A DNA stretch of 46,498 bases, from the NCBI GenBank assembly GCA_045592165.1, contig JAZNUG010000109.1, forward strand, positions 1-46,498, written 5' to 3'. The DNA is from Clostridia bacterium (GTDB lineage Bacteria > Bacillota > Clostridia > Christensenellales > CAG-138). Of this stretch, positions 18,881 to 27,540 are shown one piece after another. The notes beneath the pieces were generated by a model. The model ran no database searches and had not been told where the DNA came from. It saw nothing but the letters and a program-made list of their open reading frames with translations. The position numbers were made by a program, and so were the translations under genes. The stretch's first letter is position 1; each line of letters begins with the position of its first letter.

Positions 18881-19093
18881 TTACTCCGTCCTCTGCTGCT
18901 CCATGGCATACCTTTTCAGCAGCAGCATGTATTTTCTTCTTGCAGCCTCCGCCTCATATATGGCGTAATCTACAAGGTCTGTATCGCTTACGCTTTCAAA
19001 ATACCGTCCGGCTTCCTGCCATTGCTCCATGGCCTTTAAAACCTGAGCGGCCCTGTCGTCCTGTTTGGTATTTTTATTTTTCATAAACAGCAT
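18881..19093 (-). CDS. YaaL/DUF2508 family protein
   Basis: About 70 aa and helical, with ...DLVDYAIYEAEAARRKYMLLLKR.... The yaaL-bofA adjacency supports the call. The third in-frame codon ATG (19093) has the best SD spacing; 19099 is also possible. Confidence 0.7.
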   Translation of the reverse strand: MLFMKNKNTKQDDRAAQVLKAMEQWQEAGRYFESVSDTDLVDYAIYEAEAARRKYMLLLKRYAMEQQRTE

Positions 19094-19149
19094 ATGCATT
19101 ATCCTCCGTATTTTGGTATATACGGAAAAGTATGCACAGTTTTTATGAA

Positions 19150-19686
19150 TTATATTACTCCGCCCCGCTTAAGCACCTTGATCAGCCAATAAACCATCAG
19201 GGTATACAGGGGAATCATCACAGCCTGGTTGATTATTCTGGCATAGACGATATGGTACGGCGAGCCGTACAGCCACATGAGAAGCAGAGTATTCAGTATT
19301 ACGCTGCATACGGTCTGCCCTGTGAATATGGCTGCAAACAGCCGTTTAAGTGTAACAGGCTGTCCCTTGCGGAAGAAAAGTCCCGGTATTACACCGAAAA
19401 GCACGCCGATAACGGTAAACCAGGGCATATACGGCCCTTTGGGGAATATCAGCGCCTGAAGAAGGTCCGTAAGGCCGCCCACAACGCCGCCGTATGCAGG
19501 GCCAAACAGCACTGCGGCTATTATCACCGGCAGCACGCCAAAGCCTATCTTGAGCGTATAGGAGCCAAGGGGCATGGCGGGTATGCTGAGCATTCCTCCA
19601 AGTACCACGCCAAGGGCAGTGAGCAATGCGCAATACACAAGTTTTTTTGTATTGGCGCTGATGTTAAGACGGTTGTTGTTTTCCAT
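19150..19686 (-). CDS. folT: ECF transporter S component, folate family-like
   Basis: 178 aa, six hydrophobic segments, preceded by a THF-riboswitch-like leader. Confidence 0.75.
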   Translation of the reverse strand: MENNNRLNISANTKKLVYCALLTALGVVLGGMLSIPAMPLGSYTLKIGFGVLPVIIAAVLFGPAYGGVVGGLTDLLQALIFPKGPYMPWFTVIGVLFGVIPGLFFRKGQPVTLKRLFAAIFTGQTVCSVILNTLLLMWLYGSPYHIVYARIINQAVMIPLYTLMVYWLIKVLKRGGVI

Positions 19687-19754
19687 AAAAATCCACCTCT
19701 CTTTACATAGCGTCCCTTAATACCACATAAGAAGAGGTTGGCCCTCATGGTTAT

Positions 19755-19873
19755 GCAGCAGCGGGATGCGGAAGCCGTACCGCAAGCATCTTGCGCTATT
19801 CGTCTGACCGTCAACTCCCCGTCCGGTCAGCACTGTGGGGGATATCCCCGCCGCGCACGGCAACCTACTCTGC
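19755..19873 (-). promoter_or_regulatory. THF (tetrahydrofolate) riboswitch candidate
   Basis: The minus strand reads GCAGAGUAGGUUGCCGUGCGCGG...GGGGA...ACGAAUAGCGC...UGCGGUACGGCUUCCGCAUCCCGCUGC. It shares the AGAGUAG, GCG, GGGA, ACGAA, GCGGU and GCAUCC blocks with the known THF-I aptamer. P1 (GCAG/CUGC) and P2 (GCCGU/ACGGC) pairings are compensatory relative to it. Confidence 0.7.
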
Positions 19874-19935
19874 GTTTTATAATTTTCACTGTGTTATTTT
19901 ACACCATTTTGGCATACTGTGTCCACTTATTTGGA

Positions 19936-21789
19936 CTATCTGCCGGTTATATCGACATCTATGCGGTATGTGGCTTTCACACGCTGACCCATGGTATCCG
20001 CATCGCTGTATGTCATATATATGGTACCTGCGCTGCTGCCCGGATATATGGACGTAGTTGGAAAATCTCCGATTTTTGTGCTTTTATCGGATACAACATC
20101 ATACATCCACAGAGTATATGGATACTCATCCTGCTCCTGAGCCGCGGATTCCTCCGAGCTTTCGCCGCCCTCGCCGGAAAGACGATTTTCAAAGTAATAA
20201 AGTTTTGTGCCGTCCTTGGACCATATAAAGGACTGAGGGCCAAAGTCATTTGTTATGGTAGTGCTTTCGCCGGTTGCCATATCGTAAAGGCGGAATTTTG
20301 CAGAAGCTGTGCTGGCAGCAGATATACCGCTCTCGGCATTGATGGCCATATACGCATTATCCGGAGAAAGCTCAAAAGAGCTTCCCTCGGTAAATGACTT
20401 TCTTACGCCGCCGTCGCTCTTCACACGGTATATGATATCACCCCTGTCCATATCGCCCTGAACAAAGAACAGACCGCCATCGCAATAGGCAATGCATCCT
20501 TCATCTGCGCCGTTTTTTTCCACAACACCATGGCGCTTGTTTTCGGTGGGTATATTAAAATCGTATTGATGAATCAGCATGGCATCCGTGCCGCTGACGG
20601 CATACAGTGTTGTGCCAAGGTCATCCCATGTATATGCGCTTACCATATCGCCGAAACCCATATCCGTAAGGTTTGCGGAAAGCTCTTCTGTTTCTACGTC
20701 AAAAATATAAAGATTGGTTGCCTCCTCTGCCCTTTCAAGCACAGCAAGCCGCCGTCCGTCAGGAGAAAACGCCGCACTTTCCACCGTCTGGAATTCATAA
20801 TCGAGGAAGCTTTCAGTGCTGCCGTCGGCATTCATAACCCACAGCATTTCGCATTCGTACTCTGCGGACATATCGCTTATCACTGTGCGTCGAGTATAAA
20901 GGGAACCTTCACCGGAGCGCTTTGGCAGATCGGTAAGATACCATCCGTCAGGAATAAATACCTGGGTTGTTACGCCCTCCTGAGTACGGGCCACGTTTTC
21001 GGAATATGCGGCCATATACCCAAGAGAAGCATCATATACAGGCCGTCCTCCGTATTCCGCAGGCTGTACAGTCCATTCCTCGCGGACTGCATTGGTGTAT
21101 TTTTTGACCGTGTCATTTATAAACAGTTCTGCGGTTATATCAGAATCCATCGCCTCGGATACCAGCATAATATTCTGCAAGGAAGAGTCCAGGCTGGGCG
21201 TCATGGCAATATCCGCAAGCCTCCCGCCGCAGTAATCCCGATATGCATCTGCCGCTGCAATAAAATACTGCTTCTCCTTGCCTCTCTTTTCTTCCGGCTT
21301 TGGCATGGGCTTTATCTCTATCTCAAGCTGGTTGCCGCTGGAAAATGCCTTGAATGCCGCATCCGCGGAAAGCTGGAAATAGACGCTTGCTTTCTCCTCT
21401 CCCTCCATCCTGTGAAGGAAGCTGCCCAATACGCAGCCTGCAGAGTCAGATCCGCCATGCTCATAATCCGAATATTCCAAAGATTCAAATTCCACCACCA
21501 GACGAGATGGATAGCTGAGAGGATATATCCTGTATGCAGGCGATGTGGATGCAGGAGACTCCTCGCCTCCGCCGCTCATACGGCTGCCCACGTTAAAAGT
21601 AAACTTTATATAGGTACTATCTCCGTTCTGCCACACGTCAATTTCTCTTGCATTGGCATGGTCCAGTGCGACGCCGCCGGAAATGTCCCCATCCGTTGTA
21701 TATCCCTTGAAGGGATCCTCCTTTGGGGAGCATGCGGCAAAAGTGAGCAGTATGCAGGCAGTAAGCACGGTGCAAATAATTCGCTTCAT
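19936..21789 (-). CDS. Lipoprotein with TolB/PD40-like beta-propeller repeats, uncharacterised
   Basis: 617 aa. Signal peptide plus lipobox (LTFAAC), then an N-terminal beta-rich region, then PD40-type repeats (FSPDGRRLAV, ELSPDNAYMAI, IWSKDGTKLYY). GGAGG SD. Confidence 0.85.
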   Translation of the reverse strand: MKRIICTVLTACILLTFAACSPKEDPFKGYTTDGDISGGVALDHANAREIDVWQNGDSTYIKFTFNVGSRMSGGGEESPASTSPAYRIYPLSYPSRLVVEFESLEYSDYEHGGSDSAGCVLGSFLHRMEGEEKASVYFQLSADAAFKAFSSGNQLEIEIKPMPKPEEKRGKEKQYFIAAADAYRDYCGGRLADIAMTPSLDSSLQNIMLVSEAMDSDITAELFINDTVKKYTNAVREEWTVQPAEYGGRPVYDASLGYMAAYSENVARTQEGVTTQVFIPDGWYLTDLPKRSGEGSLYTRRTVISDMSAEYECEMLWVMNADGSTESFLDYEFQTVESAAFSPDGRRLAVLERAEEATNLYIFDVETEELSANLTDMGFGDMVSAYTWDDLGTTLYAVSGTDAMLIHQYDFNIPTENKRHGVVEKNGADEGCIAYCDGGLFFVQGDMDRGDIIYRVKSDGGVRKSFTEGSSFELSPDNAYMAINAESGISAASTASAKFRLYDMATGESTTITNDFGPQSFIWSKDGTKLYYFENRLSGEGGESSEESAAQEQDEYPYTLWMYDVVSDKSTKIGDFPTTSIYPGSSAGTIYMTYSDADTMGQRVKATYRIDVDITGR

Positions 21790-21984
21790 GGTTTTTCCTC
21801 CGAAAAATCATTGGCTTATGTTTATCCAATTACGATTATACCACTCGGAATCCCCCTCCGTAACCCTATATGCCCTATTGTTTATAATTCAAAGTTTGTT
21901 TATATTTATCAGACAAAAGGTATTTCATTACCTATAAGTATTTGATATAATATAATCTGACTAGACCTTTCAGGAGGTATTATT

Positions 21985-23760
21985 ATGATCTGTAAAAACT
22001 GCGGCGCAAACAACGAGGACTTCCTCGAATTCTGCGAAAAATGTTCTGCGCCCCTTAATGGGAGTCAGCCCGCTGCTGCCCCTTCCGGCAGAAGCTTTGT
22101 AAGCTCTCCCAAATGGGTAAAGCCCGACTTTAATGCCAATACAATATCCGAAAGCGATATTCCCGCAGATTATTTTAACAGCGATAAGGCTCCGGAAGTA
22201 ACCGTTCAGCCTGTGACTCAGCAGGCTTCCGTTCAGCAGGGCGCCCGCCGTGTACAGTCCGGCGCTGCCTGCTCCAAGTGCGGCGCTCCCATGCTGGCAG
22301 GTCAGCGCTTCTGCAATGCCTGCGGCTATCGTTCCGATTCTGCCCCCGCAGCTCCCTCTGCAGCAGCATCTTCCGTTGCTTCCTCTGCATGGACAGGCTC
22401 CTATGCTTCCTCTCAGTCCATCAAATATGCTGAACCCATAGACGACAGCATGTTCTCTTACGACTACACCGATGACATGAGAGACGAACGCCCCGCCCGC
22501 AGCAAAGCTCCCAAGGGCAAGAGCGGCTCCTCCAAGAAGGGCAGCGCTTCAAAGAAAGGCGGCACCTCCAAGGCAAAGTCCTCCCGCCCCTCCAGGTCTG
22601 TACGCAAAGGACGCGGAGGCCTGAACATCAAGCTTATGGCTATGATATTGGGCGGTGTGATTGTTGCAGGTCTGCTGATATTCGGCATTATCAAGCTTAT
22701 CGGCGGCGGTCTGTTCTCCGGCTCCGCTGTTACTGAGGAAGCCGTAATTGAAAAAACCGCTTCTGCCGACGGCAATACCGTATACAACATCACTACCTAC
22801 GCCAAGAAGGGCAGCACTGTACGCTTTGAAGGCGGCTCCATCGAACGCGAAGAGCCCGTTACCGGTAAGTCCGTAACCTTTGCAATTCCCGAGCAGCTCT
22901 GGATTCCCGGCGAGCCCGTTGATCCCGATCTGCTGGCTGCAGACGGCACACTGCCCGTATACCCCGACATCAGCGTAATCAACAAAAAGGGAGAAAGCGA
23001 AGACGTTACCTTTGCCCAGCCCATTTACGTGCCCATCCCCACCATCGATATGACGGTCACCTCTCCCAATACCGAGAGTTTCTCCGTCACCAGCCCCGCC
23101 ATTGAAGTATCCGGCATGGTTGGCGATACCACGGTCTCCGTATTTGTCGGCGAAGCCGCCGTTCCCGTTGATGAAACCGGCAGCTTCACCTACGTTTACA
23201 ATCTTACCGAGCCCGGCTCCGTAACCCTCAACGTAGAGGCTCGCAAGAACGGCTACGCCATCGCCCGTAAGACTTTCAATATCGAGTATTCCACCGATGT
23301 TGCAGGCGGCAATGCCGGAGCAGGCGCGTCCGGCGGCGCAACCTCCGCCCCCGGCAATGCCAAGTCCATCTACTATGCCACCGATGACGGCATAAACGTA
23401 CGCGATATCGCCGGCACCTCCGGCAATAAGATCGGCACCCTTTCCCTGTGCGAAAAGGTATACGTTATCAGCGCAGACAGTAACGACTGGTACAAGATTT
23501 CCTACAACGGCGGCGAAGCTTACGTTTCCGGCGGTTACATCAAAAAGGTAAGCGACATAAGCTCCTTCACCACCACCCCCGCCACTATCAAGGGTGACGA
23601 TATCAACATCCGCTCCGCAGCATCTGCAGACGCCGAGCGTGTTGAAGTTCTCTCCAACGGCACTGCCGTAAGCTTCATCAAGGACGCAGGCAACGGCTGG
23701 AGCATGATCGAATACAATAACAAGATACTCTTCGTATCTACCCAGTACCTGCAGAAATAA
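21985..23760 (+). CDS. Double zinc-ribbon / single-TM / Ig-like / tandem SH3b domain protein, uncharacterised
   Basis: 591 aa. Two CxxC...CxxC ribbons (CKNCG...CEKC; CSKCG...CNAC), a Lys/Ser-rich linker, one TM helix, and two C-terminal SH3_3-like modules (INVRDIAGTSGNKIGTL...WYKISYNGGEAYVSGGYI; INIRSAASADAERV...WSMIEYNNKILFVS). AGGAGG SD. Confidence 0.85.
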   Translation: MICKNCGANNEDFLEFCEKCSAPLNGSQPAAAPSGRSFVSSPKWVKPDFNANTISESDIPADYFNSDKAPEVTVQPVTQQASVQQGARRVQSGAACSKCGAPMLAGQRFCNACGYRSDSAPAAPSAAASSVASSAWTGSYASSQSIKYAEPIDDSMFSYDYTDDMRDERPARSKAPKGKSGSSKKGSASKKGGTSKAKSSRPSRSVRKGRGGLNIKLMAMILGGVIVAGLLIFGIIKLIGGGLFSGSAVTEEAVIEKTASADGNTVYNITTYAKKGSTVRFEGGSIEREEPVTGKSVTFAIPEQLWIPGEPVDPDLLAADGTLPVYPDISVINKKGESEDVTFAQPIYVPIPTIDMTVTSPNTESFSVTSPAIEVSGMVGDTTVSVFVGEAAVPVDETGSFTYVYNLTEPGSVTLNVEARKNGYAIARKTFNIEYSTDVAGGNAGAGASGGATSAPGNAKSIYYATDDGINVRDIAGTSGNKIGTLSLCEKVYVISADSNDWYKISYNGGEAYVSGGYIKKVSDISSFTTTPATIKGDDINIRSAASADAERVEVLSNGTAVSFIKDAGNGWSMIEYNNKILFVSTQYLQK

Positions 23761-23776
23761 ACCACATTCGTCTTTC

Positions 23777-23814
23777 AGGGCGGCGGACCATACAACCGCC
23801 GCCCTTGATTTTTA
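23777..23814 (+). terminator. Intrinsic terminator after the zinc-ribbon/SH3b gene, with an interrupted U-tract
   Basis: AGGGCGGCGG (23777-23786) pairs with CCGCCGCCCT (23796-23805), then TGATTTTTA. Confidence 0.8.
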
Positions 23815-23835
23815 CCCGAAAAGGAGATACCTTCC

Positions 23836-24108
23836 ATGAAGCTATGGGGAATCATACGCAAAAACGATAAAATACAGCAACAGCACACCATGGAATACGA
23901 AGGGCTTACCCGCGATGCCGTTTCTGACTGGGAAGAGCTCATAAGTCCCCTGTGTCAGGAGCTGGATCTTTCCCGCCCTTTGATATTAAAAAAACACCTG
24001 AAGGAAATAGAAGAATTCTCCAGGGTGGTATTTCTTCCATCGGATTTCATCGACTCCGTAGATTTTGATAAATTCGAAATAGAGATATTCTATCCAAAGA
24101 AAAAGTAA
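23836..24108 (+). CDS. Hypothetical acidic 90-aa protein
   Basis: AAAGGAGA SD 7 nt before the ATG. No TM segment and no motif I recognise. Confidence 0.6.
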   Translation: MKLWGIIRKNDKIQQQHTMEYEGLTRDAVSDWEELISPLCQELDLSRPLILKKHLKEIEEFSRVVFLPSDFIDSVDFDKFEIEIFYPKKK

Positions 24109-24122
24109 ACTTTTCCCTGGTA

Positions 24123-24169
24123 TCCTTTTGCTTTTTCCGTCACATCATAATCCCATCAAAGCAAAAGGA
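24123..24169 (+). promoter_or_regulatory. RBS-sequestering hairpin upstream of the DUF378 gene
   Basis: Perfect 12-bp inverted repeat, TCCTTTTGCTTT (24123-24134) with AAAGCAAAAGGA (24158-24169). The 3' arm contains 6 of the 7 nt of the AAAGGAG SD (24164-24170). No U-tract follows. Confidence 0.5.
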
Positions 24170-24178
24170 GCTTGTACA

Positions 24179-24388
24179 ATGGATACTCTTGCACTGATTC
24201 TCGTTATAATCGGCGCCCTCAACTGGGGCCTTATAGGTCTGTTCCAGTTTGACCTTGTTGCCAGCCTTTTCGGCGGCATGAGCGCCACTTTCGCCCGTAT
24301 TGTCTACACCCTTGTGGGTCTTGCAGGCGTATGGGGCATCACCCTGCTTTTCAGGCGGGACGGCATCAGACACAGCGACGAACACTGA
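24179..24388 (+). CDS. DUF378 family small membrane protein
   Basis: MDTLALILVIIGALNWGLIGLFQFDLVASLFGG... is the characteristic DUF378 pattern. I moved the start to ATG 24179, behind AAAGGAG. Confidence 0.8.
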   Translation: MDTLALILVIIGALNWGLIGLFQFDLVASLFGGMSATFARIVYTLVGLAGVWGITLLFRRDGIRHSDEH

Positions 24389-24398
24389 TCCTAATTTT

Positions 24399-24430
24399 AA
24401 AAAGCCGCAGATGCGTATCTGCGGCTTTTT
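24399..24430. terminator. Bidirectional intrinsic terminator (DUF378 gene / S41 protease gene)
   Basis: GCCGCAGAT (24404-24412) pairs with ATCTGCGGC (24417-24425), flanked by A5 and T5. Confidence 0.9.
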
Positions 24431-24450
24431 ACGTATGTTTATGCTATATT

Positions 24451-25650
24451 CTATTTTGCAAGATACTGCAATGCTTTCTGGAGCTGAGCATCCTCTCCCT
24501 CGGGTATTTCCTCTATCTCCACGGAAAAGTATTCTGCCGGCAATTCGACATATATGTCCGGAAAAATCCCCTCGCCGTGGATATTGCTGCCCTTGGGAGT
24601 ATAATATGCATCTGTGGTGAGTTTAAGCCATCCCCCTGTGGAGGATATTGGCATAGTTGTCTGTACTATGCCCTTGCCGAATGTTTCTGTGCCTATAACT
24701 GCCCCGATTCCGTTTTCCTGAACAGCCGCGGCGAGTATTTCACTGGCTGATGCGGAATTATTATTGACCAGCACAGCAACAGGTATCCGGACAGGGCTGC
24801 CCTTTGCCTCAAATATCTCCTCTTCTCTGGAATCCGCATCACCCACACTGACTATACGCATTCCTTTGCCAAGAAGCCGATCAGCCACATCAACCACCGT
24901 ATCAAGAGCTCCGCCGGGATTGTTTCTAAGGTCTATAATAAGAGATGACATTCCGCTGCTTTTCAAAGCATCCATCGCTTCCGCAAACTCCTCGGCGCAG
25001 TTTCCGGTAAACATGCTTATGGAAATATACCCTGCATCTCCGTTGATCATTTTATACTTTACATGCTTTACCGCAATATTTCCACCCGCAACGCTTATCT
25101 CAACAGTATCCCCTCCCCGCAGAATGGCAAGAAGCATACCGTCCTGTTCCTTTGCATCTATAATGGCGCTCAGTTCATCAAGGGGCATATTTGCAGTGGG
25201 CTGCCCATCGATATGGGTAATAACATCTCCCACTTTTACTCCTGCCGCCTCAGATGTACCGCCTTCATATACCTCAATAACTTCCGCACCGGCATCGTCC
25301 GGCTGGGCTACCAGCAGCCCTATGCCGTAATATTCTCCGTTCATTGAGGAAATGTGCTGCTGATATTCCTCTGCGGTATAGTAGCAGGCATACGGATCTC
25401 CGAGGGTGTTCACCATGCCCGCTGCCGCACCTGCAATCAAAGCATCCCTTGCAGGAGCTTTCATGTAAAACTCATCTTCGATTTTATCCGCGAGCTCATC
25501 CAGCGCTATAAGCTGACTGTATTCCTGATATTCCCTGGCAGACATTATCACTGTGTTCCCCACCCCGCCCCGCATAAGTATTACGGTAGCAGCGCAGGAA
25601 ATCAGCGATGCCGCTATCACATAAATAATCATCTTTGATCCGTGTCTCAT
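24451..25650 (-). CDS. S41 family C-terminal processing peptidase (Ctp)
   Basis: N-terminal TM segment, a PDZ region and the S41 catalytic region (...NNNSASASEILAAA...TFGKG...). I moved the start to ATG 25650 (MRHGSKMII), which has a GGGGAGG SD. Confidence 0.9.
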   Translation of the reverse strand: MRHGSKMIIYVIAASLISCAATVILMRGGVGNTVIMSAREYQEYSQLIALDELADKIEDEFYMKAPARDALIAGAAAGMVNTLGDPYACYYTAEEYQQHISSMNGEYYGIGLLVAQPDDAGAEVIEVYEGGTSEAAGVKVGDVITHIDGQPTANMPLDELSAIIDAKEQDGMLLAILRGGDTVEISVAGGNIAVKHVKYKMINGDAGYISISMFTGNCAEEFAEAMDALKSSGMSSLIIDLRNNPGGALDTVVDVADRLLGKGMRIVSVGDADSREEEIFEAKGSPVRIPVAVLVNNNSASASEILAAAVQENGIGAVIGTETFGKGIVQTTMPISSTGGWLKLTTDAYYTPKGSNIHGEGIFPDIYVELPAEYFSVEIEEIPEGEDAQLQKALQYLAK

Positions 25651-25724
25651 GCTAACACCTCCCCGGGCATTATCTATCTGTATGTTTATTTTACCCTTTA
25701 TATCCTGTCTGTAAGTCATGGGGC

Positions 25725-25751
25725 AAATAAAAAGCGGGGAAAACACCCCGC
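25725..25751 (-). terminator. Intrinsic terminator after the 135-aa orphan
   Basis: On the minus strand, GCGGGG tgtttt CCCCGC followed by TTTTTATTT. Confidence 0.85.
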
Positions 25752-25768
25752 ATAGTTTTTATCGTTTT

Positions 25769-26176
25769 TTACTCTGCCATGTAGCCCTTAAGGAAATCCG
25801 GCACATCGTCACCGCTCATGGCAACAACCACACCTATGCCCGCTTCGGCAGAAAATTCATCCAGTTTCCTGAACATATCCTCAAGCGCCGCGGCAGAACA
25901 GTCCATCATTTTGGAAAGGCCGTCCACAAATACGATTTCCAGGTCAAAATCCTGCGCGGCCACGCCTGCGATGAATCCGAGGAACATATCGGGATTGTTT
26001 ATTTTATAATGTCCCGCATCGATAAAGCGTATGGCATGCTTCAGTTCAAAGAGATACTGTCCCTCTGCGTCTATGAATACTACGCTGCCTTTGGTATGAT
26101 CCAGTGAGTCATTGGCCATCTGTATTATGCGCTTTGAGTTGCCGGCTCCCTTTTCACCGAAGATAACACGAACCAA
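25769..26176 (-). CDS. Hypothetical 135-aa protein with degenerate P-loop-like and Walker-B-like motifs
   Basis: TTG start with GGGAGGA 8 nt upstream. Contains VIFGEKGAGNSK (not the canonical GxxxxGK[ST]) and EIVFVDGL. It has its own promoter-like element and terminator. Confidence 0.65.
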   Translation of the reverse strand: MVRVIFGEKGAGNSKRIIQMANDSLDHTKGSVVFIDAEGQYLFELKHAIRFIDAGHYKINNPDMFLGFIAGVAAQDFDLEIVFVDGLSKMMDCSAAALEDMFRKLDEFSAEAGIGVVVAMSGDDVPDFLKGYMAE

Positions 26177-26235
26177 TTTGAGTGTCCTCCCTATGCTTTA
26201 TTGTGTGCAGGCGGTTAATCCTATCCACTATATAC

Positions 26236-26265
26236 ATTATAACCGTAAATGCGCCGGGGAATCAA
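26236..26265 (-). promoter_or_regulatory. Candidate promoter for the 135-aa orphan
   Basis: On the minus strand, TTGATT, an 18-nt spacer, then TATAAT. It partly overlaps the hairpin that follows metK. Confidence 0.45.
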
Positions 26266-26311
26266 CCAACCCAGCGCATTTTTGCAAAACATTTCAATTT
26301 ATATTGATTTA

Positions 26312-27481
26312 CTATACATTTTTCAGCTGCTCAGCCATATCGGTACGCTCCCAGGGCAGATCGATATCGGTTCTGCCGAAATGGCCGTAGGCGGCAGTAG
26401 CGGAATAAATGGGTGCTCTCAGGCCAAGGCGCTCAATAATAGCTTCAGGACGCAGATCCATGCACTTGACTATCCTGTCTGCAATTTCTCCGTCCGGAAT
26501 TATGCCGGTGCCAAAGGTATCCACCATTACGGATACAGGGCGTGCAACGCCGATAGCATAGGCAAGCTGAATTTCACAGCGCCGTGCAAGACCCGCTGCC
26601 ACAACATTCTTCGCCGCATAGCGGGCGGCATAGGCCGCACTGCGGTCAACCTTTGTAGGATCCTTGCCGGAGAAGGCGCCGCCGCCATGTCGGGCATATC
26701 CTCCGTAGGTATCCACTATTATCTTGCGTCCGGTAAGACCGCTGTCTCCATGGGGGCCGCCGATAACAAAACGTCCGGTGGGGTTTACGAATATGCGGAT
26801 TTCTCCATCCACGTATTCTTCGGGAATAGTGGGCAATATTACCTTCCTGATAATATCCTCCCTTATCTGCTCAAGAGACACATCGCTGTCATGCTGGGCA
26901 GAAATTACCACAGTATCCACCCTCACAGGCTTGTCTCCGTCGTATTCCACGGTAACCTGGCTTTTTCCGTCAGGACGGAGATAAGGTATTTCGCCGCTCC
27001 TTCGTGCCTCGGTCAGTCTGCGGGTAAGGCTGTGTGCCAAGGATATGGGCAGGGGCATAAGCTCTGCTGTCTCGTCGCAGGCATAGCCAAACATCATGCC
27101 CTGATCGCCTGCACCGGTGGCAAAGCGGGACTCCTCCCCTTCCTTTGCCTCGATGGACCTATCCACGCCCATGGCAATGTCCGGAGACTGCATGCCTATG
27201 GCGGTGATGACGGTAAGGCTGTTGCAGTCAAAACCGTATTCCGGCTTGTCATAACCTATGCGGGCAATGGTTTTTTTTGCAATATCTGCCACATCTATTT
27301 TGGCGGAGGTGCTGATTTCGCCCATTATGAGCAGAGTGCCGGTGGCGGCAGAGCATTCACAGGCAACGCGGCCTGCTGGGTCCTGGGCAAGTATTGCGTC
27401 AAGAACCGAATCGGATATGCAGTCGCACAGTTTATCGGGATGTCCCTCAGTAACAGACTCTGAAGTAAAGAGTTTTTTCAT
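26312..27481 (-). CDS. metK: S-adenosylmethionine synthase
   Basis: [19 protein letters not shown] and GGGAFSGKD motifs. The start is ATG 27481 (MKKLFTSE) with a GGAGGAAACC SD. Confidence 0.97.
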   Translation of the reverse strand: MKKLFTSESVTEGHPDKLCDCISDSVLDAILAQDPAGRVACECSAATGTLLIMGEISTSAKIDVADIAKKTIARIGYDKPEYGFDCNSLTVITAIGMQSPDIAMGVDRSIEAKEGEESRFATGAGDQGMMFGYACDETAELMPLPISLAHSLTRRLTEARRSGEIPYLRPDGKSQVTVEYDGDKPVRVDTVVISAQHDSDVSLEQIREDIIRKVILPTIPEEYVDGEIRIFVNPTGRFVIGGPHGDSGLTGRKIIVDTYGGYARHGGGAFSGKDPTKVDRSAAYAARYAAKNVVAAGLARRCEIQLAYAIGVARPVSVMVDTFGTGIIPDGEIADRIVKCMDLRPEAIIERLGLRAPIYSATAAYGHFGRTDIDLPWERTDMAEQLKNV

Positions 27482-27497
27482 TTGTATGGTTTCCTCC

Positions 27498-27530
27498 AAA
27501 ATAAAGTAAAACCTCATGCACAGATGAGGT
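27498..27530 (-). terminator. SAM riboswitch expression-platform terminator
   Basis: On the minus strand, ACCTCAT ctgtgc ATGAGGT followed by TTTACTTTATTTT, immediately before the metK SD. Confidence 0.8.
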
Positions 27531-27540
27531 CAGCTTGCTT

